IMG/VR virus record: IMGVR_UViG_3300026196_000009
Span: 1-46,795 of that record
Source of the DNA: a virus
Lineage: Duplodnaviria; Caudoviricetes
Length of the DNA: 46,795 nt
Reading direction: 5' to 3' (one strand)
Below are positions 17,257 through 27,902 of this stretch, piece by piece. How positions within the stretch are numbered: position 1 is the stretch's first letter; each line of letters begins with the position of its first letter. A program made the translations under genes and the position numbers. The notes under the pieces were generated by a model. That model was not told the DNA's origin. It made no database searches and saw only the letters and a program-made list of their open reading frames with translations.

Positions 17257-20200
17257 TCATTTGTCTTTGTCTCTACCTTCTGCGAACATTTGATATGGGT
17301 TAAAGCCGTCCTCTTCGCCCCGCATGTACGAATCGACGTAATCTAGCATGCGCCACACCTGGCCGCTACTAGGTGCCGGCACTAAACTGGTAACTAGACT
17401 GCCCACGTCGGCCACGGTTTTGAGCCCCGTCTGGTTGCCCTGGCTATACGCATAAAGTTCCTTAGGCGCTTTGATTAACGTCTCCGGCAGAGCACTGATA
17501 GGGGCTGATGGTGTGAACCCTGACATAAACGTAGTAATCTGGTTTAATACAGGTATGGTACCCAGAAGAAATCCAAAGGTATTCTTGGCCAGGTACTGGT
17601 ACCAAGTCTCATCAGGATCTGGCGTGTCTAAGATGAGAGCCTGAGTGATCGTAGATACGATGATCGGAAGTATCAGGGCATCAACTGCGAACTCCATGTT
17701 CATGAAGTCCTCGCCACCCTTGCTGCTCTTGTAGAGTCGCTGGTAGTACGCGTTGAACCATGATCCAAACACTGTGATAGTCTTCACCCATTCGTTCTGA
17801 TTAGACTGCATGATGCGACCCAGGTGCATATCGGAGCCAGAGCCAACAGACTGAGCTACTGAGGTATCGGCTTCTATACGTGCCCGAGCATCATCCCCAT
17901 GCTTCTCCATCGCGTTCTGATAGGATGCTAACCACGTTGGGTATGATACCCACATGTCAACCGTAGTCTGCAATATAAACGCATGGGACTTAAATGCCTG
18001 CCATCTTGCGTCAGCCTTGCTGGTGGCGATCATCTTCTTCATGAACTCTCTGGAGTCGCGGTTGACTACCTGTGAGCGGTTATTCATAAATTGTGATTTT
18101 GAGTTAATGAACTGAACCATCTCGCGTTTGAATCCGTAGGTCTGCATGGCTGCCTGCGCCCACTTAACCGGACCGACCTCCTTCATGGCGATGGGTATCG
18201 CACTCACCTGCTGTATGGTGTTACGCAGTGAGTATCCCAGGTGTTTTAGGGTTGCGTTCTGTCTCATGTAACGAGATATCTTAGCACCACTTCGGTGGGT
18301 CTCCTGTGCGACACGTCCTCCGGTAATGCCCTCTATGCTCTCAATGAATGCTTTGTAGAAACCGGGACCATGCTTGCGCTCGATAGCTGCAGTGATCTCG
18401 TCGTGATTCAGTATTTGTCTGAGTGTGCGACCAGCTTTAGCATACGCGATGTAATGGATTTTATCGTCCACAGATCGGGTTATGTTCGATACGTCCAGCA
18501 GAACATGCTTACCACCCGATCCCTTACGTGCGTTCAGTGACCCAGCTTTGCCTGGCATGATAGCTGAGGTTCTGCGCGCTGACTCCTGCTCATTGGCAAG
18601 CTCCACCCGGTTGGAGTCATAGAACAGCTGCATGTGGCCGCCAGTCATCTCTACACCATTGACCGTAAAGGGTCGAGCTTCGAGCTTAGGAGGTGCCACA
18701 CCGATCATTGCTTCTGACGCAGCTTTTAGATCAGGCCACTGAGATTCATTCATAGCCCATACAGCGTTGGCCAACTTCAGTTGACGAGGGGTCAGTCTTG
18801 AGAGTATCCGGGTTACGTCATTCTCAGTCATACCCCAGCCTTGCATGATGGCGTCACGAGAGGATTCAGTACCCCAATATAGCGCCATCATGAACGCCTC
18901 CTCGCTGGAGAACTCTTCGGTGGTGCCATTCTCAAGGGTATAGGTCTTAGCGTCCCTGTGGCTCAATCCTACGCTGCTCATGTCTCCCATTAGATCCTCG
19001 AACTCAGAGTAGAACTTGTGGTTCATGCCGAGCTTGGTGTCTTCTGCGTTGGAGATCAGTTTGTAAATCAACTCGAAGGCCATGCCACCGTCAGCATCAC
19101 CATCCAGCTTGCGCACCATGTTGGCCAGGGAGGGCATAGTGTTGATCAGATGGTTCCACTCTTTGGCCACGTTCTGCCGACGGTTACGACCGCGCTGAAT
19201 CTTGTGGTCTTTGCCTCCTTTATCTTTGATCCACTGAGCGAACTGAAGTCTGACCTTCATCGCCTCGTCGCCGTTCATCTCAGCGATCTGCCCGCCCACG
19301 TAGCGTAGGTGCTTCAGCATCTCGACCACACCCCGCAGATCTTCCGCAGGCATATCATCGAACTGGACTAACTCAAAGCCAACCAGGGACGTACCGTGAG
19401 CTTCACGCCACTCTATAGCGCGGATCAGATTAGGATCCAGCAGGGATAGGTCTGTGAGATCGCCTCCGAGTTCATTAAGCTGCGCAGAGTAGAAGTCCAG
19501 GATAGCCGACAGGGTAGCCTGCTGAGCCTGTGGGTCCTTCATCTCGTACATCTCAGACAACATGCGGATCTGTTTAATGTACTCACCTGCTACCTTGCGG
19601 GTATCGTACTCACGATTCTTCGTGGCTTTCACATACCGGCGGTGGGTCTCCATCTGTTCTTTGACATCCAGTGCCACTTTGTACAGATAGTGATTGCTCA
19701 GCTCTCTGATCTTGGCCTCGGTAGGATCTTCCATAGTCATGGAGTCCTTAGCCGCACGGATCATGGCACGGTAGTATTTCTCAGGCTTGATCTGTTTGTA
19801 CGTCATGAGACCGATGGTTCTCTCAGCCTCTGCTTTCAGGTACCGGCGATTGATGCCCGGTCTCTTAGTAGAGATCTCGGATAACAGTAGCTTCGCGTGG
19901 TCCTCGTTGATCAGGGCCTCTTTAGCCTCTTGGAGCAAGGTGCCATCGTTGATGATATCACCGTACTTCTCGACCATGATATCTTGAGCGGCCTGATCTG
20001 CGGCCTCTTTCAAAGTAGGTTTGGACATGATGTCCTCTACCATAGCGTTGGCAGAGGGGTACCCATAGGCTTCGGCGTATAAAGCAGGGTCGACCCCCTC
20101 GCCGCTCTTGACGTGATTACCGATGAATCGTCCCGGTATCTTACCGTCTGGGAACAGGGCCTTAAGCATTTCAGTATCCATGCGGCCCTCAGCCACATCG

Positions 20201-23200
20201 AGACCATCGTCGCCTTTGAACGCTCTGAGATCTGACATGATCGCGTAGACCGGCTCCTTCCGGAGTCGATCAGTCTCTTGCTCGATGAGGGGTTCCTTCT
20301 CGTCATTCCACGCACGGGTCTGCATCTTCATGTACTGAGCAAGAGCCTTCTCATCCAGCGTACGCTCGGTGGTCTCTTTGACCCTGGCAGCACGCTTCTG
20401 GTACTTGGCCCACTCAGCATCGGTCATGCCAGCCTGCTCCTGCGACCGGAACATCTGGTCATACTCAGGGTTAGCAGCTGCCTCGTCGATTGCATCCTGT
20501 GTGGCTAACAGTCGATCAAAGATGCCGGATATCTCAGGACTCAGATCAGCGCGGGTTAGCCGGTCATCTCTCAATGTGCGGTAAATTACTTTGAGCCACC
20601 GGGCGAACGCAGCGAATGCTCTACGCAGATCTAGTGAAGGTGCTTTGCCCTCGCGCAGGTAGACTTCGAAAGTCTCAGCCCAACGCTCGTGATCTTCCAC
20701 AGTAATGTCATCGAAGCTATCAACTCCGAGCCACTTCAGGATAGCCTTCTGGTTATCAGAGAGGCCGTACTTCTTGGCGTAGAACTTCTCCATCTCAAGG
20801 AACAGGTGCCCGGACTCGTGTAAAAAGGTAGACAAGTCAGAGGCTTTGCCCAGATTAATGATGCGCTGGTCATCGGTCAGTGTGATATTACCGCGCTCAG
20901 TTTGAAACAAGGGCATGCCCTCGCCCCGCACTTTGGCACGTAATTGATCTGTGATCGGGATGATCCAATAGCCTTCAGGTAGCCCCACCAATATTTCCTT
21001 GACATAATTTTCTGCATCAGACTTAGATTCAAATGTTCTCGGAGACTCAGGCCCTCCGATGTAGGAATGTACTATATTCCTAATGTACCACCCACCGGAG
21101 CCATCCTCTTCAAAGATAAAATGATCAGGCACCGCCACTGATGACGCGTCGTACTCCCCACCATCTACGTCCATCTGCTTAGCCTCAGTACCCGTGATCT
21201 TACGGATCATCGACGGCATCTTCTTGTCGTATTGAGGTTTGTAGTCGTAACTGTCAGACCACCGATTCGCCATAACCACGCTGTTGGGCCAAGCGATAGC
21301 CTCATACCCGTTGTCAACCGCGTCCACTACTGCACGTTTAAGCGCGAGCGATAACCATGCGTCACCTTTGAATGGAGCGTTTGGCACCAGATTGTCATTG
21401 ATTGAGGCGCGGTTACTTATAGTCAGAGACTCCATCTCTAGGCGCTTACGCTCAGGCGATCCTACTGGGTGGGTTTTTGACTCGTCGATTAATGCTTTAG
21501 CTTTTTTGTATACCTCGTCAATCTCCGCTCCGCTGAGCCGGTACCCCCTCTTGCGCCCTTCACTGTGGATATCTGATTGAGTCTCGTCGATGAAGTACGT
21601 ATTAGCAGTGGACCGCTTGATTACCTTATCTTTGCCGACGAGAGTACCATCACCCGCCGACACATAGCCCCCTGCGACCTTAGCGTCTTTTGGAGCCTCA
21701 GCGATAATTTTTCTGGCGGCCTCTAAGGCTTTACTGGGGTCATGGTCGTACTTAGATAAGTCTGGCGCAAACGTGTATACGGTATCGCCCGTGTATTTGT
21801 TATTGATGTCGATTACATATTTGTGAACCATGCCGGGGGCTTGTTCACGAAGAGTCACTTCCACCTCGAACGGTTCAGCTTTAACTACTCTGTCAGGAAT
21901 TCCTGTCGATAAGGTTCGGTCATCCACGCGGAGGAATGCAACTATGTTGCGCTCTGGGAAGTGTGCCGTATTATAAAAGTCTCCCGGCAGGTCTGGTAGG
22001 ATGATCCTCTTCTCACGGTAGTTAGTGTGGTCACCCTCCATGGTATACTCTTCCCACCTGGCACCCCCGGTAGTATCCACAAGTTCCTCATCCTCCGCGT
22101 AACCCTGAGCCACCACCTGGGCCTCGCTAACCGAAGCGATATAGACGTCCGATACTATCCCTCCATCATCAGGTCTCCATGAATCTCTGAGCACCATATA
22201 TCCCGTATCGTCGCTACCAAGGATGTATATGTCGTAATCGAAACCTGCGGAAAGTTGTAACGTGGCTTTCTCCCCAGGGAATAGATCCAGTATCTCGTCT
22301 TCGTTATCCTTTGTTATGTCCTCCCATTCAAGAGACTTTACATCCGAGTTGGGGTCGTACCCTGAGTTTACCTCTTCCATCTTCACACCATTGGCGCGTA
22401 CGTATGCGGCGACCTGGTCTCGTGTGAACTTGGCCTGGGGGTCTGCTGTCAGGAACTCTTCGAGGCCGAGAGTTTCCAGCTCATCAGATGGTAGCTTCTC
22501 GCTGTTGATCTTGGCCCAGATATCGCGGCCCTTAGCAGTGCCATCAGGTTTCTTCCACGCAGGTAACTTAAACGTAAGTACCGACTTCTCAACTCTGCTG
22601 TATAGCCCTAAGCTGTTCCGCTCTGGCCCAGATTGATGGTAGATGACGGGATCCCCTGTAGATTGTGATAGAGTCTGGCCTATCTTAACCTTATCGAACA
22701 CACCGGCGACCATGCCGAGTGAGGGGTGAGGTACCCAGTACCCCACATACCCAGCTTCTTTGATGCGCTTCTCGTAGAGGTTGATCTTCTCGTTCTGGTT
22801 GTTGCCTTCCAGGTTGTTGCGTAGGCCATCAGGATCTGCGGCCATGTCGTACATAAGAGCCGCGTTGACTTCCACAGAATACGGTGTGGTCCCGACCATG
22901 CTCTTACGGCGGTACCCACCTGGCTCACCTATGCCTATGCCGTAGAATGATTTATCAACCCAGTTAGCGTCGTAGTATCGTTTGAACTCTGCCCCCTTAT
23001 GATTGGTGCCATAGTACTCTGGGTCTATGCTTCTGAGATCTTTTGAGGTGCTGTAATGGACAAGCGTGATGCGTCCGTCCTTGATTGGAGGTCGAACAAG
23101 TCTTCCGTTCTCTTTTCCATCTGTGTCTTCATATCTTCCCAGCTCAGCGAGTCGGACTTCTCTTTTGATGAGGGCTGCGGCACGCTGCTTATTATCGTTG

Positions 23201-23481
23201 TATTCTGAGTCATCTTTACTCTCCAGTAATTTAGATTCGAAGTTCTCAACCGAGATGTCAGCCGCATTGGCGGGGTTAGGCGCGACCTCGAAAGATACTG
23301 TGGCGCCAGCAGATGTTACCTCGCGTGTGAGGGTTTTCTCTTCTTTGGCCAGGGATTTGGCCAGATGATCCATAACTTCGTCTTCAGTCTTGCCCTCGCT
23401 CAGCATCCGGTGTGCCGTCTCGCGGTCGAGTTGGTCCATGGACTTGGCGATGGATAGGCATTCTTCTAGCGACTTTGGCAT
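17257..23481 (-). CDS. large polyvalent internal virion (ejection) protein
   Basis: 2074 aa; ADP-ribosyltransferase-like N-terminal region (TLVHYS), SDLSTFLHESGHLFL HExxH motif, helical C-terminus. Confidence 0.75.
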   Translation of the reverse strand: MPKSLEECLSIAKSMDQLDRETAHRMLSEGKTEDEVMDHLAKSLAKEEKTLTREVTSAGATVSFEVAPNPANAADISVENFESKLLESKDDSEYNDNKQRAAALIKREVRLAELGRYEDTDGKENGRLVRPPIKDGRITLVHYSTSKDLRSIDPEYYGTNHKGAEFKRYYDANWVDKSFYGIGIGEPGGYRRKSMVGTTPYSVEVNAALMYDMAADPDGLRNNLEGNNQNEKINLYEKRIKEAGYVGYWVPHPSLGMVAGVFDKVKIGQTLSQSTGDPVIYHQSGPERNSLGLYSRVEKSVLTFKLPAWKKPDGTAKGRDIWAKINSEKLPSDELETLGLEEFLTADPQAKFTRDQVAAYVRANGVKMEEVNSGYDPNSDVKSLEWEDITKDNEDEILDLFPGEKATLQLSAGFDYDIYILGSDDTGYMVLRDSWRPDDGGIVSDVYIASVSEAQVVAQGYAEDEELVDTTGGARWEEYTMEGDHTNYREKRIILPDLPGDFYNTAHFPERNIVAFLRVDDRTLSTGIPDRVVKAEPFEVEVTLREQAPGMVHKYVIDINNKYTGDTVYTFAPDLSKYDHDPSKALEAARKIIAEAPKDAKVAGGYVSAGDGTLVGKDKVIKRSTANTYFIDETQSDIHSEGRKRGYRLSGAEIDEVYKKAKALIDESKTHPVGSPERKRLEMESLTISNRASINDNLVPNAPFKGDAWLSLALKRAVVDAVDNGYEAIAWPNSVVMANRWSDSYDYKPQYDKKMPSMIRKITGTEAKQMDVDGGEYDASSVAVPDHFIFEEDGSGGWYIRNIVHSYIGGPESPRTFESKSDAENYVKEILVGLPEGYWIIPITDQLRAKVRGEGMPLFQTERGNITLTDDQRIINLGKASDLSTFLHESGHLFLEMEKFYAKKYGLSDNQKAILKWLGVDSFDDITVEDHERWAETFEVYLREGKAPSLDLRRAFAAFARWLKVIYRTLRDDRLTRADLSPEISGIFDRLLATQDAIDEAAANPEYDQMFRSQEQAGMTDAEWAKYQKRAARVKETTERTLDEKALAQYMKMQTRAWNDEKEPLIEQETDRLRKEPVYAIMSDLRAFKGDDGLDVAEGRMDTEMLKALFPDGKIPGRFIGNHVKSGEGVDPALYAEAYGYPSANAMVEDIMSKPTLKEAADQAAQDIMVEKYGDIINDGTLLQEAKEALINEDHAKLLLSEISTKRPGINRRYLKAEAERTIGLMTYKQIKPEKYYRAMIRAAKDSMTMEDPTEAKIRELSNHYLYKVALDVKEQMETHRRYVKATKNREYDTRKVAGEYIKQIRMLSEMYEMKDPQAQQATLSAILDFYSAQLNELGGDLTDLSLLDPNLIRAIEWREAHGTSLVGFELVQFDDMPAEDLRGVVEMLKHLRYVGGQIAEMNGDEAMKVRLQFAQWIKDKGGKDHKIQRGRNRRQNVAKEWNHLINTMPSLANMVRKLDGDADGGMAFELIYKLISNAEDTKLGMNHKFYSEFEDLMGDMSSVGLSHRDAKTYTLENGTTEEFSSEEAFMMALYWGTESSRDAIMQGWGMTENDVTRILSRLTPRQLKLANAVWAMNESQWPDLKAASEAMIGVAPPKLEARPFTVNGVEMTGGHMQLFYDSNRVELANEQESARRTSAIMPGKAGSLNARKGSGGKHVLLDVSNITRSVDDKIHYIAYAKAGRTLRQILNHDEITAAIERKHGPGFYKAFIESIEGITGGRVAQETHRSGAKISRYMRQNATLKHLGYSLRNTIQQVSAIPIAMKEVGPVKWAQAAMQTYGFKREMVQFINSKSQFMNNRSQVVNRDSREFMKKMIATSKADARWQAFKSHAFILQTTVDMWVSYPTWLASYQNAMEKHGDDARARIEADTSVAQSVGSGSDMHLGRIMQSNQNEWVKTITVFGSWFNAYYQRLYKSSKGGEDFMNMEFAVDALILPIIVSTITQALILDTPDPDETWYQYLAKNTFGFLLGTIPVLNQITTFMSGFTPSAPISALPETLIKAPKELYAYSQGNQTGLKTVADVGSLVTSLVPAPSSGQVWRMLDYVDSYMRGEEDGFNPYQMFAEGRDKDK

Positions 23482-23666
23482 CAGCTGATTGTCTCAATAA
23501 ATAGTTGTATGATGAGCATTAGCTCTTCTTCGTCCTTACGCTTCGGACGATCTAAAATGACGCCACTATACCCTTCTTCTCGTGAGGCGGGAAGATATTC
23601 TGTTGAAGACGACAAGTAGTACCCAGTCGCGTAGTACCCAGTCGCGTAGTACCCAGTTGCGTACAT
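23481..23666 (-). CDS. small protein with (YATGY)3 repeat and DEEEL C-terminal motif
   Basis: 61 aa; TAATG and TGATG coupling on the two sides. Confidence 0.75.
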   Translation of the reverse strand: MYATGYYATGYYATGYYLSSSTEYLPASREEGYSGVILDRPKRKDEEELMLIIQLFIETIS

Positions 23667-24286
23667 TACGCACCGTTCGTGGCGGTAACTGTCCTGCCAG
23701 TCTGATCAGCTGTGGCGGTTATTCGATCTGTCAACCCGTCTGCGGACTTAATGTTGTGTGTAGTTCCAGCAACCTCGATAGACCCAGCTGCCTCAGCACG
23801 TATCAAACGAAGTGCCTCCTCGAAGGTCTCACCATTCTCGATGATCCTGGAGAATACGCCATTGATGATATCAACCTTATCCTGCGCCGTGACACCAGAG
23901 CCTGTAGTGACTATTTGTAATCCTGCGGAATTGCTCGGGATTAATCCTACGTTGCCATGGGGTATAAAAACTCCATTTTGTACGTCAAACAGATTATTGT
24001 TAGAGCCGATTAATTTTACAGAGTAGAAAGACCCAGTATCTTCGAGTTGCCAAGAGTATCCGTTGATCAACTCGATTTTACGTGCGTAGGTCTCACCCGC
24101 CACTGTGTATTCAGTATTGTGATCATAGGGGAAGGGTTCAGCCCTACCTTCCTCTGTTGCTGACCACAGTGCTAAATCAACACGGAACTGGTTTGTATCC
24201 AACGCATAAAGCCCCGTAGATACTGGACTTAGATAACTCTGAGGCACAGAGATTACATGCGTTATAGGGTTTACCGAGATCGGCAT
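23666..24286 (-). CDS. putative virion structural protein
   Basis: 206 aa; C-terminal EALRLIRAEAAG...DRITATADQTGR. Confidence 0.6.
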   Translation of the reverse strand: MPISVNPITHVISVPQSYLSPVSTGLYALDTNQFRVDLALWSATEEGRAEPFPYDHNTEYTVAGETYARKIELINGYSWQLEDTGSFYSVKLIGSNNNLFDVQNGVFIPHGNVGLIPSNSAGLQIVTTGSGVTAQDKVDIINGVFSRIIENGETFEEALRLIRAEAAGSIEVAGTTHNIKSADGLTDRITATADQTGRTVTATNGA

Positions 24287-26001
24287 TATGCATCACTATT
24301 TCTGATTGCATTGACGGTCTGGCTAGTTGAACCAAGTGTAACGGGCTGAATAAACGGCTGTACTAAATTTGGGCCATCACGCACCTCTAGCACGGCTGTC
24401 ACGTCTCCATTATACGTGTAATTAAACGCAGCGCTTGTGCTTGTCTCACTGTTCAAGGTTGTGTCAAGATATGCAATCCAAGCGTTGTTGCCTGTCGTTG
24501 CGTTATCCCCGCTAAAGTCAGTCGAGGTAATAGTAAACGTGGTTCCCGTGTATGAGCTGTAGCTAATAAGTTCCGTGGCCCCTGAGTCCAATACAACCCT
24601 AATACTTCCAGACTCCGGAGTATTATTAGGGATGGCATTTACTTCAACGGAGGTCACTGCTGCGCCAGAGTAAGACGCTGCCAACGTCATCTGATCCTCA
24701 GTGAATAAAGGATCCCCCTCTGAATTTGTAGTGACACCATCCCATGGGTATAGGGTTACTGATCCCTTATACAAATTACCCGCTGTGACTGTGACGACGT
24801 TAGGGGGTGAAACCGTTGCGCCGGATAAATCGGTCAGTTTGTCTGACGTGGTTAATGTTGATGACACACCAAACCCAAACGCAGCAATGATAGCCGCTCC
24901 AGTTGAGGTGCCGATAAATGGTGCTTCCAGACTTTTTGATACAGGAGCACCGACCACAGCAGCAGTCACACCCCCTTGAGTTATAGTATCTGTGTTAGCT
25001 GGAGCTACACCTGTCAATAATTGCACCCATAGAGTATCAACGCCATTGTCTGCTAGAATCTGTGCTGTAGCACCATTACCAAATGTCACAGCAGCGGCCT
25101 CAGTGAACGCTCCACCGGCTAAGGTGCCATAAGCCACTTCGTGTGTAATGCCACGGAAATCTGATGCATCCAGACCGTACAGAGTAGCGGCGGAACCATC
25201 ATAACCCTGCAGCTTCACATACTCATAAAGCTGATTAACTGAGTTGGCTCCTTTAGTCCAGCTTGAATAATAGTATTCATCGACCGCATCTCCGTTGGCA
25301 TCTATACCGATATACCCTTCATTCTCATTACTGATACCAACTAGCGCGCCGATGGTTCCGGTTGAACTGGTATTATTCAGATCAGCCTTTTCATCTAACG
25401 CTAATGTATTTTTACCACGTTCTGTACCCGAGATAGAAAACTCTTTCCATGTTTTATTCCATGCACGAGTTGTGCCTATTAATCTACGACCATCTATATC
25501 CCCACCGTTGGCTACAAAATCGTGCACTTTAACGAGAAATCTATGGCTGATACCTGTAGCAGAATTAAGACCGAAGCCGCCTCCGGCAGGGTCATTATTC
25601 CAGAAATCATTGGAGATTTTAGCCCCGGCTTGCAATACATGGATAACCGAGCAGTTACCGTACACTGTAATAGCATCCCAGATTTTCTGATCCACACCTG
25701 CAGTACCCTGGGTGATTGACACATCATACAAATGCTCTATAGCTGCATCTGTCAATGTATAACCGTTTTTAAGAGTCAGGATGTAATCTGTTGAACGTTT
25801 TGACGGTACAGGTTTTGTACGGTCAAGGATATCATCACCAGTATAGCTAGCGTCATCTGATAAATCCTGCGCCCAGCGGTGAAATTGTATACCCGATGCA
25901 TAGGAAGGATTAGCCCCACCGTGCGCATCACCAATGTAGTCAATCACCCTACCAGCACTGATTGACCAATCTGCAGGTACTAAGTCGTATGTTGCAGCCA
26001 T
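24286..26001 (-). CDS. putative virion structural/fibre protein
   Basis: 571 aa, Thr/Gly/Ser/Ala-rich beta composition, translationally coupled. Confidence 0.6.
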   Translation of the reverse strand: MAATYDLVPADWSISAGRVIDYIGDAHGGANPSYASGIQFHRWAQDLSDDASYTGDDILDRTKPVPSKRSTDYILTLKNGYTLTDAAIEHLYDVSITQGTAGVDQKIWDAITVYGNCSVIHVLQAGAKISNDFWNNDPAGGGFGLNSATGISHRFLVKVHDFVANGGDIDGRRLIGTTRAWNKTWKEFSISGTERGKNTLALDEKADLNNTSSTGTIGALVGISNENEGYIGIDANGDAVDEYYYSSWTKGANSVNQLYEYVKLQGYDGSAATLYGLDASDFRGITHEVAYGTLAGGAFTEAAAVTFGNGATAQILADNGVDTLWVQLLTGVAPANTDTITQGGVTAAVVGAPVSKSLEAPFIGTSTGAAIIAAFGFGVSSTLTTSDKLTDLSGATVSPPNVVTVTAGNLYKGSVTLYPWDGVTTNSEGDPLFTEDQMTLAASYSGAAVTSVEVNAIPNNTPESGSIRVVLDSGATELISYSSYTGTTFTITSTDFSGDNATTGNNAWIAYLDTTLNSETSTSAAFNYTYNGDVTAVLEVRDGPNLVQPFIQPVTLGSTSQTVNAIRNSDA

Positions 26002-26004
26002 AAT

Positions 26005-27288
26005 TTAATCCTCATCTGAAATCATATAAATATTAACGGTAGAGCCTGTCAATTGATGTAGTCCAATTGACTTGCCCTCTTGGTAATAGGGAGAGCTAGA
26101 ACCTTTTCTACCCTGTGCGACATACGGCTGATCTGTTGTGTAATCTACAGTTAATGAGAGCTGGCCTAGAGAGTCAGTTGCTCCGGCCCCCATTTCGTCA
26201 CCGGCAGTTAAATCCCCACCGGCTGCAGCATAGACATAAACACCAACACCTTCTATCGCACTCAAAGTTTCGGCATCTAAACAATTGATATTTATATCAG
26301 CTGTAAATGTTATCTCACCGGGTTGATCGTAGCCGATTCCGTAGGGGGCAGTCCATGTTTGCCCATCACAATCATAAACCACATCATAAGCAGATACATC
26401 TAAGCCTGTCTGTATCAGGTTTATCGACCCAGAATCAGTGTGATAATCGCCGTTAGCAGAATCAACAAAGTCACCGCTGGTTAAGCCTGTTACAGTGCTG
26501 GCCCAGTTTGCGGGCGGAGTCACTAAATTGGTTGCATTGTTATTCGCTGACACAGATGATAAATCGTTACCAGAAAAATCATTAGGATTCCAACCATCAA
26601 TACAGTTAAACACAGCATTATTGTGGAAGTTCAACTGAGTGCCTGAGTAATATTGCAAATAAGCATAGTCACAATCAGCAAACACATTGTTAAGTACATC
26701 CATTGTCTGAGTTGACCCGCCAGAATCACTTTGAAATCCATTGGTCAAGCCCATGAATAAACTAGAGGAAACATTTACATTTGCCCTCCCGTTGTATGTA
26801 GTACGTACCCCTGCAGATGCATCAGGAGTTCCTGATTCAACCCAATACACATTTTGATCTAGTTTGATATATGTATCAGAGGATTCAGTCGCATCAACTT
26901 CGATTCCATACCTGTTACCATATGTAGCAACAATACCGACACCTATTTGGGATACCCTACCGTAGTTATCCTGTATGCGTATGCCTGTGCCATTATTGAC
27001 CGACTTCATCCAGAACCCACGCTTTTTGATTCCTAACGATTCCGCTTCATTTTCACCCTCAGCCAGAGCTTCAACGGCTGTAGCGGCTCTTATCTTCATG
27101 TGGTAGTCGGCGCTTGTTGTACTACCTGAAATTACTGCCTGCTCCTGATGTCCTGCTTTACTTTCATGGCAGACAAGGACGGGGGATATCAGAGCAGTTA
27201 CCAAGTCACCTTGGTTTGCCGCAACCCACTCATTGATTGTGGCATAGGCTCCACCAACTTTAAAATGAGTAAGAACTTCGCCCGCCAT
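26005..27288 (-). CDS. putative second beta-helix fibre/spike protein
   Basis: Asn ladders (LNNVF, HNNAVFNC, NNNAT), DFVDSANGDYH, PYGIGYDQ. Confidence 0.6.
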   Translation of the reverse strand: MAGEVLTHFKVGGAYATINEWVAANQGDLVTALISPVLVCHESKAGHQEQAVISGSTTSADYHMKIRAATAVEALAEGENEAESLGIKKRGFWMKSVNNGTGIRIQDNYGRVSQIGVGIVATYGNRYGIEVDATESSDTYIKLDQNVYWVESGTPDASAGVRTTYNGRANVNVSSSLFMGLTNGFQSDSGGSTQTMDVLNNVFADCDYAYLQYYSGTQLNFHNNAVFNCIDGWNPNDFSGNDLSSVSANNNATNLVTPPANWASTVTGLTSGDFVDSANGDYHTDSGSINLIQTGLDVSAYDVVYDCDGQTWTAPYGIGYDQPGEITFTADININCLDAETLSAIEGVGVYVYAAAGGDLTAGDEMGAGATDSLGQLSLTVDYTTDQPYVAQGRKGSSSPYYQEGKSIGLHQLTGSTVNIYMISDED

Positions 27289-27291
27289 GGT

Positions 27292-27573
27292 TTATACCAC
27301 CTCACCATTTCCAGGCAGGAACTCATATAGAGCCTGTTTTAAAGCGGCATACACGTCAGCTTGAGCAATCTGTCCGGCTCTTGTAATTGCTGCGATCATT
27401 TCTGCATCGGCAATAACGTGTGTGACATCTGGCACCACAATATTTCCATCAGCGTCTAAACGATCAAAAACTATATAAATAACACTATTTTTTAAGTCAG
27501 TTGTGAAAGATGATATTTTTTCATCAGTAACAACTCCACTGATAATGTCAGGATTAGTTAATTTTAAAGGCAT
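27292..27573 (-). CDS. hypothetical protein
   Basis: 93 aa within the operon. Confidence 0.7.
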   Translation of the reverse strand: MPLKLTNPDIISGVVTDEKISSFTTDLKNSVIYIVFDRLDADGNIVVPDVTHVIADAEMIAAITRAGQIAQADVYAALKQALYEFLPGNGEVV

Positions 27574-27899
27574 TTTTGTTGCACTCCATCGATATATTGA
27601 TAACGCCTAACGCGCTTCTGCTGTCTATTAGATTGCGTTAATAGCTTTGCCATTGCAGCAGGGTTTTTCCTGAGCGTTACAGGCAGACTAATTTTTTCAT
27701 CTACGGAAATAAGATATTCCACCTCACTTTTTGTATTCGGCACTTGAACCACTTTGAATAGCGGTGGCTTAATACCCGTAGGGACTGGGAAATCATCATC
27801 GTATACACTAACAATATCACCAGTTTTATAACAATCACGGACGTTTACTACGGCGTTTGGATGCTCATTGTCTTTACAAAAAATTACCAATTTAGCCAT
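27564..27899 (-). CDS. hypothetical protein
   Basis: 111 aa, YKTGDIVSVYDD motif. Confidence 0.7.
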   Translation of the reverse strand: MAKLVIFCKDNEHPNAVVNVRDCYKTGDIVSVYDDDFPVPTGIKPPLFKVVQVPNTKSEVEYLISVDEKISLPVTLRKNPAAMAKLLTQSNRQQKRVRRYQYIDGVQQKCL

Positions 27900-27902
27900 T
27901 TC

